Made by a program: the position numbers and the translations under genes. A stretch of 63,705 nucleotides of DNA, counting the filler, from Collodictyon triciliatum (lineage: Eukaryota), in NCBI GenBank assembly GCA_043381765.1. It is 30 parts of 30 records of this genome, joined end to end, with 100 filler letters (N's around TTAATTAATTAA, not from the genome) between each part and the next. Parts side by side here need not be neighbours in the genome. Positions count along the whole stretch, not along the records: positions 1 to 2,061 come from JBHJMP010009612.1; positions 2,162 to 4,222 come from JBHJMP010009613.1; positions 4,323 to 6,383 come from JBHJMP010009614.1; positions 6,484 to 8,543 come from JBHJMP010009615.1; positions 8,644 to 10,703 come from JBHJMP010009616.1; positions 10,804 to 12,863 come from JBHJMP010009617.1; positions 12,964 to 15,022 come from JBHJMP010009618.1; 23 more parts are not named here. The stretch is one strand, 5' to 3'. Shown one piece after another: positions 1-13,141 of this stretch. The first letter of the stretch is position 1. Each line of letters begins with the position of its first letter. The notes below the pieces were generated by a model. It worked only from the letters and a program-made list of their open reading frames with translations. It was not told where the DNA came from and ran no database searches.

Positions 1-306
1 AAAATCATCGAGCATTTCGGCAAGACCTACTGCACAGCTTTTGAGGGAGCGACACAGGAGCAGAGCCACGAACAACATAGAATATTCCAAGAATATGTTA
101 GGTTAGTGGAATCAGCGCTAGAAAAATTCTTGGCAAAGGAAAAGATCACGCGTGAACAAGTCGGCTCCTTATGTGCATCAGCCAAGTTGTCGGAAGACCC
201 GTACGGCTCTTGTGTCGACTTTCTCCTTGCATCCTCGGACTACTCTGCCTTCCTCATCTTGATGCAAAACTTCAAGGAAGTCCAGGACTGGGATATAGAA
301 TTCTAG
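1..306 (+). CDS. BART-domain protein (ARL2BP/CFAP36-like), 3' part
   Basis: Open frame from the window edge: ...EQHRIFQEYVRLVESALEKFL...VDFLLASSDYSAFLILM..., matching the BART pattern; TAG at 304-306. Confidence 0.7.
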   Translation, partial: KIIEHFGKTYCTAFEGATQEQSHEQHRIFQEYVRLVESALEKFLAKEKITREQVGSLCASAKLSEDPYGSCVDFLLASSDYSAFLILMQNFKEVQDWDIEF

Positions 307-942
307 GCCATGGAATACCGTCGCAAACTAAAATCTACGAATAAAAAAAAATGCCGAATCTAAAGGATGATAGAAAAATGAAAATGAAAAAAATGATAAG
401 CCGCAAAAGAGTACAATTTTCTTCAGAATACAGTCAGTAGAGCAAAGAGTTGGGAAGTGATGCTGATGGTTGTCATTATTTGATATATATATTCAAATGA
501 TTTTGAATTTTCTTAGGCGTTTTTTGCTAACTTATCCAATATATTCTAATTATAAAGTATATTCCATGTTTGTATGTGACAGATAAATCCGGATTCTATT
601 ATTCTCAGAAAATCCGCCCATAAAAGGTGCCTATTTATATAGAAAAAATCCAACTTTGTAAGAGTTTCATCGAAGCTTCTGCAGAATTTCCGTTTGGGCG
701 TGGAGTCGCACGAGATGAATCAGAAACCAGGAACCATCGACTCGCGTCGGGTGTCACAGACTTGGCCACGCTGCAGTTCTGTCTGATCGCGAGTTAGGAA
801 TCAAAGCATTTACTTTGTGCGTGGAGACAGACTGATGTATGGATACCACAGAACAGCCAACACCTGATCGAACCTCCTCCTTAAAACATCATCGATACGA
901 CTAGGAAGAAATCAGCTCGGCCGATCACCGAACAAGCACAAA

Positions 943-2061
943 ATGGGATCGAAGGGATCAAAGCTCAAGAGACAAGACTTAGCAGAACTTGCCCGTGACA
1001 CGCACTGTAAGAAGTCAAACCGACTGTCACACTAGAGACGGAACGGCGAAATGATCTCTATATTTCTTCTTCTTACCTTTACCAAACATTCTCCAACTCC
1101 TCCTATACGCATAAAATCTTAGTTTCTGAGGCAGAGATTACCACGCTGTACGACCACTACAAAAAAATCAGTGGATCAATCCAAGCAGACGACGTGATTG
1201 ACAAGAAGGAGTTTCTCCAGGTTCTCTTTTCTCTTTTCCTCTGTGCTTTTTTTCTTTTTTCTTTTTGCTGTCATGGATTTGCTTGGCTAGTCTGTCACGT
1301 ACCAACCGTGTGATAAGGGAGGGCTCTAAACAAGATTACATAAACAACGCATGTTGGGTATCTCAGGCGCTAGGATTTAAAGACAGTGAAATCGCAGACC
1401 GTCTTTTCAGAGTATTTGACAAAAACGGCGACGGAAGCATCAACTTCCGCGAGTTTGTCGCTGGTCTTTCCATCTTCTGCAGCCGAGGAACTCTCGAGGA
1501 GAAACTGAGACGTATTCTATTTGTTTACTTACCTATTTACCTTTCATAGCTTTGGTTATATATCAGATCCATTGTTATTCTGAATAAAAATTGGGCGTGC
1601 GGTGGTGGCAACCCATCCGACTCGCTTTCAATCGTGACGAAAGAACTAGAATAACCAACACTCATGACGCAGTCACATTCCGCATCTACGACATCGATGA
1701 CGATGGACATATCGATAAGCCTGAACTGCTGAGCATGTTGAAAGCCAGTCTCCTCGACAATGCAATTGAGATTCCAGAAGAACATCTCCAGGCCTTGGTG
1801 GATGCCACGTTCGCTGAAACCGTGTGTTTTCAACTCATTTATTTGTTTATTTATTTATTTGTTTATTTGTTTATTTGTTTATTTGTTTATTTGTTTATTT
1901 GTTTATTTGTTTATTTGTTTATTTGTTTATTTGTTTATTTGTTTATTTGTTATCCCCACACATTTCCCATGCATTTTCGAGCAAAACTCCTACGTATCAA
2001 ACCATATATCTGCATTTTGATGTTGTAGGATGCAAATAGCGATGGAAAGATTTCATACGAG
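943..2061 (+). CDS. Calcineurin B-like (CBL/NCS-type) EF-hand Ca2+ sensor, N-myristoylated; spliced, 3' truncated
   Basis: Exons ~943-1006, 1123-1220, 1367-1511, 1674-1821, 2029-2061 with GT-AG introns give MGSKGSK...[31 protein letters not shown]...[14 protein letters not shown]...[14 protein letters not shown]...[11 protein letters not shown]. Confidence 0.85.
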
Positions 2062-2161
2062 NNNNNNNNNNNNNNNNNNNNNNNNNNNNNNNNNNNNNNN
2101 NNNNNTTAATTAATTAANNNNNNNNNNNNNNNNNNNNNNNNNNNNNNNNNNNNNNNNNNNN
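2062..2161. other. Artificial contig spacer (N44-TTAATTAATTAA-N44), recurring about every 2.15 kb
   Basis: Same six-frame-stop linker flanked by Ns at 2106, 4267, 6428, 8588 ... 62459. Confidence 0.98.
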
Positions 2162-3854
2162 TTTTCTCTTTTCTCTTTTCTCTTTTTCTTTTTTCTTTTT
2201 CTTTTTCTTTTTCATTTCTTCTCTTTCTCTTTTTATAGCTGAAAAAACATCCCTCCTTCAGTGTTTCATTGTCGGCATATTTATTTTCAAAGAGCGACTA
2301 TCCAAATAAGAGGATTCATTCTACACCCAACCATATTATATCACAGCTGTGCTTGAAATTATCGTGCTAGAGCTCCTCATTTTCTTTCTCAGCGCAAACA
2401 TGAATCGTTTTTGTCGCTGTCACTAAAAATATTGTTTTAATGCTGGTAATATTCAAACATATCCAACACTTATGCCACTCTCATATCGACGATACTATAA
2501 CATAAGCATATAAAAGCTAATCTATTGTGAAAATCAGAGTCTCTTTTGCAATACAAAAAAGAGCAATACATCAGGGAATGTTCATGACTGCAGAAGCTCT
2601 CTCTTTTTAATGTGCACGGCAAATAAACAACCACCGTGGTTACAATGAATCCTCACTCAAACATGCTTATACACTACAACAATACTGTATCGCAAGATGA
2701 TTGGACCAGGACTGGGCAAAACTTTGTGAGCGGCTGCTACAGGTATCTTTTTTAATTTCCTTTCAACAGTTTATTGAGATAAAACAACGCCGAAGAAACC
2801 GCCTTCGCCTCTAGAACAATAAGGAACTGCGGACGAGACAGTGGAAATCCCAGAATGTGTGGTTGGGATTTTTAAGTTTTGAAAAAAAAAGAAGATAAAA
2901 CTAAGATGCAAAGGAGAGAGTGCTCTCACATGCGGGCTATTCTATCTAAAGTGATTCAACTACAACACGGTTTTTGGTTGTATTCGAGACTGACATAAGA
3001 GCGGATTGAGTTGTTCGGTCGATGGAACTACGCACATGGCATTTACTTCTCAAATCGATTCCGACGAGTCCTTAACCGAAATTTATTTTTAAAACATAAT
3101 TTACCTATGTCTTTGTCTCCCAATTTCTTGGAAAACTGCCGTTGCATATCCGAAATATGGCCAACTCCGACCTTTAAAGAAAATCAAGTAGATCATATTG
3201 TATAGCAGATTGCTACACCAGCACGATCCTAGACAAGATCACACAGTCATCCAAGAACAAATACCAAAAACCATCAAAGCAAAGCTATTGAATCCCCTTC
3301 GTGAGGATATCGTTTTCTTTTACCCACAAGGCCAAGCAAAAAAAGCAAAAACAAAAAAAAACCACCTGTCAAAATGAGTCCAAGAAAACTGAAAAAACCT
3401 GACATGAAAACATAGCTTTATTTTCTATAAAAAAAACGAGAGTTTAAACCTATACAAGTCTTTTACTTTTCTTTGAAAGCCAAAAGAGTTGATCGATAGT
3501 GGGGTAGTCTAACAAACGCTGGAAAATAACAGTAAATATTAGAGACAAAAGCAATGGCAGAGAATTAGTCCTTCGAGCAAAACTGTTTTCCCCTCTATTC
3601 GATTCAAGGGAGGGATGGGTTTATAGATAATTGCACAGTCCAACGTAATTGTTTTGTGCCTTGGTTCAAAGCAGTGACGCACGTCGGATAAGGGTGCAGG
3701 TCAACAGAGTACGGAAGCTCTATTCATGTACAGGAAACACATTTACATATCCAAATAACTACAGATTAAAGTATTCTAATTTCATGTGCCAATTTTTTAG
3801 GGCCCCTTAATACAACTCTTCACAAGCCAAGGATAGTTTTTTAACTCTTCATTT

Positions 3855-4222
3855 CAATTTTGTTCAGGATGGTGGAGATGTTGGCTTTGGTTCGCTAGCC
3901 ATCGTTTGCGTGGACGCTACTTGGTGGCCGGGTGGCGGGGAAGTGGTCGGTAATCAGGAACTGCATCCTGCGGTTTGGCCTGTAGCCTGGGTCTTGTGCT
4001 TGCATGAGAGATACAAGGCGAGGTTTAATATCTTTCTCAGCCTTTTTCCATATGTTTCTTCTCACGGGGTCTGAGTAGTAGAGAGCGTACATGTGGCGAA
4101 GAGAGCTGTTGAGGAAAGAGATTTGTATGATGTCATCCAGCCTGTTATCAGGAATGGGTGGCTGGTTGTTGAGTCTTGCTTTGCGTGAGTATATGCGTGC
4201 TATCCACATATTCCATAGCAAA
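3855..4222 (-). mobile_element. L1/Tx1-like LINE ORF2 C-terminus and 3' end
   Basis: LWNMWIARIYSR resembles the LW-x-IW-x-x-R motif after the LINE ORF2 zinc knuckle; the 3' end recurs at 58030-58114. Confidence 0.6.
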
Positions 4223-4322
4223 NNNNNNNNNNNNNNNNNNNNNNNNNNNNNNNNNNNNNNNNNNNNTTAATTAATTAANNNNNNNNNNNNNNNNNNNNNN
4301 NNNNNNNNNNNNNNNNNNNNNN

Positions 4323-4695
4323 CCTTCTGCACCTGACTCCGCTCCTGGGGAGAAGCAAGACAGACAGTTTCGCTCGGCACAGACGCAGCAGGCATTGGCA
4401 GCCTTTGCTCTATTGCAGACTCTCCAAACCTTTCGGAGGATTGTTGGCTCTCGTTCTGGGGTTGAGGAATCCTTGCAGAGCGCTCCTTTGCAGAACCAAC
4501 CAAGAGGGAATCCTCTTTCTCGTCAAAGACCAAAGCGACAGAAGAAACCGTACCGCTTGGATCAGACTCCTCCGCGTGAGTTTGCGTGTCGGGACTGCGA
4601 TCAACGGGCCTTGGATCGCTCCCATTTGCTCTGGAGTCGGTCATTTGGGGCGGAAGTCTGCTTTTAAAAGAGTGGGTAAGTGAGAGTTTGGTCAT
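4323..4695 (-). CDS. Hypothetical low-complexity protein N-terminus (host or TE)
   Basis: GC-richer ATG-initiated ORF open to the contig edge; no recognisable motif. Confidence 0.3.
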
Positions 4696-5129
4696 GATTC
4701 ACTGTTTTTCTTTTCTTTTTCCCTGTTTACTATCGTCTTTATTTCTTTCTTTCTTTCTTTTTTCATTCTAGAGTTATATTTTGTTTATTTTGAGGCTTCA
4801 TCTCTTTTTCTCCCTCTCGGAGGTTGTTTTGGTAGGCGTTTTGGGCTTGATTAATCATATACAATGCCCTCGCACGAATGAATCAGAGCGCAGAAGGGAA
4901 ATTAACACAGGTTTGCAGCCGAGGGAATTAATCCGCCCGAGAGGTGTATCTCACAAACGCAGTAACACAGGCTCTTGTTTTTTTTTTTCTTTTCCCTCTC
5001 CTCTGTTCCTCTACACTTCTCTAAAAAAAAAAACATTAACGACCACCGTGTTAAGATTTTATTGGTCGAAAATAAGCTGATTACAGAACCAGTTCTTCTA
5101 CTTCATCCGATACTGGTGTGGAAAACCCC

Positions 5130-5830
5130 CGAGTTGTACAGTAAGTCCAGGAAGACCCGTGCAAGGAAGCCGCCTGCAAGTCTGTCTGAGCGGACAGTAT
5201 TTTTGCACGGGGTCGAGCAAGTCGTCTACAACAAGAACAAGGCCCGCAGACTCACAGATGCGCTCGCCTCCTTCTTGAAAGCGAACAAACTTTGGGAAGA
5301 GTCCATCCAATTGCGCTTACCGGACAGCGAAGGCCTTGGCTTGATTCCTTCCGCGCTGCTGAAAACGGCCGAAAAGTTTCTGGAGGTGAAGCAGGTAAGC
5401 CTGGGCGATATTATAATCAGCTTCAGCAGAAGTAAACCAACAGAGACCTCGGGGATGCTCTACCAACTACCGCTGGACGTGTGGCCGCAACTTATTCGTG
5501 AGGAGCTGAAGCCGTTCAGACCGACTCACGTAGTAATAAAAAAAAAAAAAGGACATAGTCTTCTTCACAGACACGGCCGTGGTGAAGCTTCTTTGTCACA
5601 AGAGCCAGCTCCCTTCAAAGTTTACGGTCATGGGCAAAAAGTGTCCAAAGCGCATCCTCAAAGGGCGTCCGCCAGCCGCGAACAACGAATGACAAGTAAA
5701 AGCCCCGCAAAAAGAATGCACCCACCAAGCAGACAAGCAGAAACGGGGTCAAGGAAGCCAAGGCCAGGAAACAACAGAGTCCGCAACACTCACAGCAGAC
5801 GCGCATACGCGATAGCGACATGCATGGAAG
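5130..5830 (+). mobile_element. Degenerate copy of putative LINE ORF1, family A
   Basis: Highly similar to 31590-32283 (RKTRARKPPASLSERTVFLHGV...), with frameshifts relative to it. Confidence 0.55.
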
Positions 5831-6483
5831 GAAATATCGGTTTATCTTCAGCGGACTTGACAATGAGGTACTATTATCACCATAATATTTTATTTGTGGA
5901 AATTATAGTATATATCAATATATTATGTATTTAATCAGATTTCTCATTATTACTATGTTAATTAATTAAAAGGTTGTGATACAAAGCGCATAACATACAG
6001 AAGCCACACTTTGACACCAAGAAATCCAATCGGTTATCCCTTTCCTCCCCAAATGCATAACCCACGACACATCCATCTGTGAGAAACCCACATCGGTGAG
6101 AACGGATGTTTGGCCGGCTTTTTGGGGATAGGAAAGCTTCCCTCGGCCATATACGCTATTGCCACACACCCTTTCTTTCTCAGCATCCAAAGGAACTGCT
6201 CATTCATAACGCACTTGCTATTCTCTAACTGCGCACTATATCGCTCTCGCTGGAGAAACGCTCTTCCTGCGTAGTTTTTCATGCGCAAAAATAAAATAAA
6301 AATAAAAACAAAAACAAAAACAAAAAACAAAAAACAAAAAAACAAAAACAAAAAAACAAAAAAACAAAAAAACAAAAAAACAANNNNNNNNNNNNNNNNN
6401 NNNNNNNNNNNNNNNNNNNNNNNNNNNTTAATTAATTAANNNNNNNNNNNNNNNNNNNNNNNNNNNNNNNNNNNNNNNNNNNN

Positions 6484-6695
6484 GCAGCCTTGATACACCC
6501 CGCTCTGTCTTTGAATTGCATCCGTAGGTCCGTGTGCCGTGAGTACCCTCGCTGTTGCATTGCCGTGCAGTTTCTTGATAAGACTGGTGAATCCGGTACA
6601 GAAGCCTCTTTTGTGTAGGATGATTTCCAGTGCTTCGTGGTTCACATAGTCGTATGCTTTCTCCAGGTCGTAGAAAATTATAGCGCAGTTAGATC
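6484..6695 (-). mobile_element. Non-LTR retrotransposon reverse transcriptase fragment, 5'-truncated
   Basis: IIFYDLEKAYDYVNHEAL...SGVYQGC matches the D-x-E-K-A-[FY]-D and G-V-x-Q-G motifs. Confidence 0.9.
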
Positions 6696-6940
6696 GGCTC
6701 GTATCGTGCGGTGTGTGGCCTTTCTGTCAAAATCACTGTGGCCTTTCACCCTTTATCCCCTGTCACCTAGGCACCCTGCTTATCGCTAAGCACTTGTTGT
6801 TTTGTTCTGTCAGCGAAACCACGTCGCTTTCTTTCTGGCGCTGCTTTAATGTAAAGTTTGTCAAGCGCACCAAAGCAAAGAGACACTAGCAACCCACTAA
6901 CGCAAACCCCTCAGAACACGTCCAACATCGCCCCTGCCGA

Positions 6941-8162
6941 ATGGGTAACACAACATCCGTCCCTGTCGCGGGCTTTGACGAGCTGCAAAGAATTACCGGC
7001 GATCCCAATGCCACCTCGTTAAAAAGTCGCACGAGTATGAGTCTCCAGAACAAAAACATGGATGCTATCCCTCGTAGGGTCTTTGAGTTAGATTGTTTGG
7101 TTGAATTGCATCTTGGCGGGAACAGACTACCCCTCCTACCACCAGAAATATCCTGCTTGGCTGGCCTTACCCACCTCGATGTAGCTAAAAATCAACTCTC
7201 GTTGATTCCACAAGAAATATCCTGCTTGACCGGTCTCTTATGTCTCGATTGTAGCTTTAACCAGTTGTCATCCATACCACCTGAAGTATCATGCCTGGCG
7301 CGTCTCACGTTTCTTGCTGCCTGTGGAAACCAACTTTCATCATTTCCAGAGGAAATATGGCACTTGACGGGTCTTGGACGTCTTCGTTTTCAAGACAATG
7401 AACTATCGTTTCTGCCTTCAAAAATAATGCGTTTGGCTGCTCTTGAAGAGCTTTGTGTCTATAGCAACCGGTTGTCGTCTCTGCCAAAAGAGATATCTTG
7501 CTTGACTGGTCTCGTTCATCTCAATTTATTTAACAATCAGTTATCATCACTGCCATCAGAAATATCGTGCTTGACTTGCCTCACAGAGCTCCATCTTGGG
7601 TGCAACCAGTTGTCGTCACTACCATCAGATATATCTTGCCTGACTGGTCTTACGCACCTTAGTGTTGGTGAAAATCAGCTATCATCACTGCCATCAGAAA
7701 TTTCGTGTCTGGCTTATCTCGAAGAGCTCCATCTTGAGTGCAACCAGCTGTCATCACTTCCCCATGGAATGTCGTGCTTAGCTAGTCTCACAGAATTTTC
7801 AATTTCTAACAATCAGGTAAATATTTGTTTTTGTTTTCATTATTTAATCTTTCACAGTGGCTAACAAGAGATGCTAAGATGGAGGAGCTTCCACCACAAA
7901 TTGCATCTCTCAAGCATCTATGCTGGCTCTATATCAGCTGGAAGGACTATCCAACCATCAAGAGAGCACCACGGGGTATCACAAACCTTCCACTGTGGGA
8001 TAAAACAAGAGGTCCAGACTACAAATACATCCACGCTTTGCAGCTCTACGACGTTGTAAGTTAGAATATGTGCATCAATAAAATATTGAATAATCATCAA
8101 ACATAATTCAACAACAGGGTGACGCAATCACAAAATCAGAAAGGTCACCAAACGACTGGTGA
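6941..8162 (+). CDS. Leucine-rich repeat protein (about 11 tandem 23-aa LRRs), probable N-myristoylation
   Basis: MGNTTS start; repeated NQLSSLPSEISCLTGLTHL; exons 6941-7816, ~7879-8055, 8118-8162. Confidence 0.85.
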
Positions 8163-8346
8163 ATTTGCAACTAGTAGGCAAATTTTACCCGAAACCCCCC
8201 TTGCTCCCAGCAAACATTACACGCGCTATCAATTAAGTATACAATATACTTTGCATTAGTAGAAAAAAAATATATTTTTTGTTTGTTATACTTTTTTGAA
8301 AAATCAGTGGAGTGCAAAAAAAAAGTACAAAAATTAAGAGCACACC

Positions 8347-8543
<197 letters not shown>

Positions 8544-8699
8544 NNNNNNNNNNNNNNNNNNNNNNNNNNNNNNNNNNNNNNNNNNNNTTAATTAATTAAN
8601 NNNNNNNNNNNNNNNNNNNNNNNNNNNNNNNNNNNNNNNNNNNAAAAAAAATTAAAAAACATAACAAAAAAAAAAAATAAAAAAATTTATAGGAAAAAA

Positions 8700-10703
8700 A
8701 AAAAAAAAAAAAAACAATGAGTAAGAAAAAAGTCTTTTTCTAAGAAATAATAAGCATATTGAGAGAAAAAAAGACATATTCAGAAAACAATACCATTGCA
8801 CTGGTGTTCTTTCCTTCTTCTCCCAACCCACTACATTATGAAGCCAGAAAAAAAAAAACACACGCAAGCGATCGGGTAGAGCGATCCCGAGGAGGACGAG
8901 ACTGCCTACCAGGAGACCGGCGCGAATGAAAGCCAACTGACCGCACGCAAGACCGTGAAGGCCGACAAAGCCGACCCAGAGAGCGAAAAGGTCACTCTAC
9001 TACATCCTTTACAACACAGATTATGCACCGAGTCATACCGACGATCAAGACACCAGCCGCCACCGACCCGTGAGTACAACAAACTAAAAAAAGACGGACC
9101 GAACTTCAATGACGGAGCAAGGTAGAGTCGAAGTGATAGTCTTTTGCACACGGAGCATAAGCATGCAACGCGCAATAAGGACAACTCCGTGGCATGGACG
9201 ACTCCAACGCTCCTCGCCTGCCGTCACAGTGAGATCTCAAAACACACAATATTGCAACCATAGAACAATACCACAGAAATACTTTATTCTTTGATATAAG
9301 GATTGTGTGTAAAATGAAGAACCAAGCGAGTCAAACATTCCCCTCAATGAAGTGGATTAAAACAATTACATAAAAAACCGTGAATAAGTTTTATGTCAAT
9401 TGATTTGATCGGGGTATTTGATTGACGGCTTTTATGGTAATAAATCACGTTTTAAGATGTTTGAATATCGAATGGCTCATTAACAATAATATATAGTTCG
9501 ATTTGACGGAGCAGGAAGATAAGCAAAAGGGCTATTCCATGACGTCCAGTCAGCATGAGCGACGATCAAGTTTCCAAATATTTGGGTAAAACATAAAACA
9601 AAATAAGAAAAGTAATTGCAAAATAAGGAGCGAGATGAAGCAAAAAAAAAAAAATTAAAAAAACTGAGGGAGAGAAAAAGAGGTCTTGCAAAAATCAAGA
9701 GGCAAAATGAGACGCCTGAAGAAAGGGAAGGCAGACTAGCAAAGATGCGGGTTTATGATAGACAAAAACGGCAAAGGGAGATAGTCCAGCAAAGGGATGA
9801 AAGGCCCCATGACCAAGGGATTCACGCAAGGAGTCTAAGAGAACAAGAGACTCCTGAAGAAAGTGTTAATAGGCCCCAAGCTCTAGCCACCGACCCACGG
9901 GTAGCAAGATGATAATGATTATAGTGGTCAGTATTAGTTCCTCTGATTCATTTATCTATATTCTTTTCTCTTTTCTCTTTTCTCTTTTTTTTTCTTTCCC
10001 TCTTTACATACCTTTTTCTTCGGTCTCACTAAGCCTGTAAATGGATAAACTTCATTACAAAGGTTGTGACGAACTCGGTTTTATCCCTTTCAACCCACAA
10101 CACCTTTTATACATCGAAAGTGTACCCATGCATAGCATTTTATTGCACAGACAACCATCGAATTAAATCCGGATTGACAAAAGCAAGTTTTGATGAATCC
10201 AAGAAACAACCTGAATAATATAATTGTATAATTAGTATATATATATTAAGGTTAAAATACTTTATAACCTCATTCTATTCCTGTAATCAATTTATATTTA
10301 TTTTCATTTATGTAATAATATCATTAAAATCCAAAGATTACAAAAGCCGTTGTCTTGGCCCAGACAGAACCCACGCTATAAACCTGCCACCAAACATGCA
10401 TTTCAAAAAAGCATATTATCCACACTTGCGGCGGTAATCATGTTGTTTGGGGCCGATATGTTGACTTTCAGTCGCAATGGCTATACGGCCGTCCTTTCGA
10501 ACTCGCCGAGTCGGCTCTCAGCGTTTTGTCTCAAAACACTTGTAAAAAAACTTGGTGTGTTTGCCACAATGCGCACATTTTGAGAGTCTCGGTAGATGCT
10601 TAATTTTACATAAATTGATTTTTTCAGTTTATATATTAAATTGACTGAATGACTAAAGTTTCATTAAAATCGAAAACTCGGTAGCTATCTAAAGGAAAAA
10701 AAA
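8700..10703 (+). mobile_element. Multicopy element, copy 1; contains an STPR-like ORF (9616-9912) and the leader that precedes the Fanzor-like ORF in copy 2
   Basis: 8720-9090 and 9880-10695 match the reverse complement of 33570-33960 and 32575-33380; KRQNETPEEREGRLAKMR motif. Confidence 0.7.
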
Positions 10704-10803
10704 NNNNNNNNNNNNNNNNNNNNNNNNNNNNNNNNNNNNNNNNNNNNTTAATTAATTAANNNNNNNNNNNNNNNNNNNNNNNNNNNNNNNNNNNNNNNNN
10801 NNN

Positions 10804-10835
<32 letters not shown>

Positions 10836-10895
10836 AAAAAAAAAGACGAATCCAATCTGCGTTTCTCAATCCCATATACACCACCCACATCGCAG

Positions 10896-11500
10896 ACTCA
10901 CTTTCTGCTGGCGCTTCAGTCGTTCACCCCCTCGTAATGCTTCCATCACAGAACAATTTAAAATCACAAAACCATTAAGCCACAATCACAATCGCATCAT
11001 TATCAACCCCGTTTGACAGGTCCCTGGAATCCTCTTCACGCCAATCTGCCCTCACGCGCTCTCTGCTCGGCCCTTGGTCTTCCCAGACTCGGCCACGCTG
11101 GAAATCCGCGTCCCCAAAGGGCTGCGTGGACACCCCAAAGTCTGCTTCGACGGACGAGGCAAAATGGAGCTGTATGAAGAAGACCGAGTCGTTATCTGCG
11201 TGTCAAGTTGGCCGGTGCCCCGTACGACTCTCTTTCTCTCTCGAGCCTCCAAAGTCCTTTGCCCACTGTCCATGTCATAGTTATTGTTTGTTGCGCTTTG
11301 GTCTGGTGACCGGTTTCCTTGGGAGCGATCCTGTCGCGCTTTTATTATTCATCTACTCTGACACGATTCCCCCTTTTTTTTCTTCTGTGTGCGCAACTCT
11401 ATCCGCCTCTGCAGAAATCAACAAGACGGACGACACCACTGAGTGGATTCGCAGCCTGGGCCGGTGTCTTCACTGGAATCAGCGGATCGAACAAAAGTAG
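10896..11500 (+). CDS. NAD kinase C-terminal part, spliced
   Basis: SLSAGASVVHP / VPGILFTPICPHALSARPLVFPD...FDGR... / ...WIRSLGRCLHWNQRIEQK*. Confidence 0.9.
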
Positions 11501-12569
11501 ACTACAAGATACCCTGGTATGCTCCTGTCCCGGAAGCGAACCTGTGTTCACTTTCAGCACTCTTGGACTTTGTGAGGGGGAGGTGCATTGTAGAACCTGG
11601 CCCCGAGTTTCAGCCCTATCTCATAAAACCATTTGCGGACAATTAGTGCGTGATTTGCTTCGGTCGAGATAGAGACGCGGGGTGAGGCAAGGGACTTTGT
11701 CGTGTAGGATTATTGTGTGTCTTCCGGTTTATTGAAGCAGGCAGAGTGCAGCTCATGGGGGCGGACAGAGGAGGCAAAGTGGGCGCTGATACAGGGACGA
11801 CTGCTTAGTAATAAGAACGATTAGTGACATGCTTCACATAAAACAGGGAGACAAGGATGTCACGCAAAGGTGGGTTCTGCTTTCGTCTCAGCTCAGCAAG
11901 AAAATTGTCTTCAGTGGTATTTTCAGAAGTCTAACATATATATGCAACATCATTGTGAGGGAAGCGCAGGCAAGCCCAGCTTTGATTTTCGTAATGAGAC
12001 GAGTTTCTGAAGATGTACTTACATTCTCTTTGCAGTAACGGCAGGGGATGGGGACAGAAGTTCGTGCGAGCTTTGCTGGATGTCTGTTTTGATGCAGCGA
12101 TTGTCCACAGGAATAAGAACGCAGCGCTGGCTTCTGGAAGCATCCAGACCACAGATTTGCTTCTTCTGGAAGTGGGAATCCGAGGGAGGAATCAGGACGC
12201 TATATCTCTGTCACATGCCTTTCCAACGCCATCACGTGTTGGCCAGAGCAGGGGAGTGAGCAGGGTGATGCCAAAAGCATGGCGTTAGAGCGACTGCCGT
12301 GGTTTACTAAAAACTCTATTGTTGTGTTTCTTTATGCACCAGGTTATTCAAAAATTGCCTTCTGAAAATGATTTGATGATGCCCTCAGCGCAAGACGTCG
12401 GGACGAGTTTTGGTGGAGTCTAATTAAGATAAAAGCTGTCATATTGTGAATATCAAATCTGCTTCATCTATCGAATAAAGGAAAAAAAAAATCTGCTTCA
12501 TCTAAATCACTGGCTGGACCTTATAGAGGAAAAATAGATTGGGTTAATGTCCAAAGGCAAGAAGGAAGA

Positions 12570-12863
12570 TGATTTACAACCTCAAGAGTTTATTTATGGT
12601 TTAATGGCGACAATATCCCGAATGGCTTTACAGAAGCAATGGTGCGCCTAATCCCAAAGAAAGAGGATGCAATTGACCTCAGAGACTGGCGCCCGATATC
12701 GTTGCTCAACAAAGACTACAAGATATTTGCCACAATCCTAAGAAACCGAATCTCTGATATTGCCGACAGGCTCATATCAAAGGAGCAAATAGGATTCATG
12801 CGTGGCAGGAACATCGACACAAACATATGGCTCGTGAACAAGGAATACATGGAATATCAAGTC
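12570..12863 (+). mobile_element. L1/Tx1-like LINE RT N-terminal fragment
   Basis: LIPKK...DWRPISLLNKDYKIFATILRNR...EQIGFMRGRNIDTNI. Confidence 0.93.
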
Positions 12864-12963
12864 NNNNNNNNNNNNNNNNNNNNNNNNNNNNNNNNNNNNN
12901 NNNNNNNTTAATTAATTAANNNNNNNNNNNNNNNNNNNNNNNNNNNNNNNNNNNNNNNNNNNN

Positions 12964-13063
<100 letters not shown>

Positions 13064-13141
13064 TTCTGAGTTTGTGTTGGAATCGTACCGCGCCAAAGAT
13101 CTCCGAGAAGGACGAACTAACCAGCATGTGGTGACTCTTAG

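Noticed and set aside
2106-2117. Conserved TTAATTAATTAA motif or piggyBac TTAA sites
   Set aside because: Artificial linker embedded in Ns
5966-6290. piggyBac-like Cys-rich tail
   Set aside because: Cys pattern is incomplete and spread across frames; no terminal repeat found
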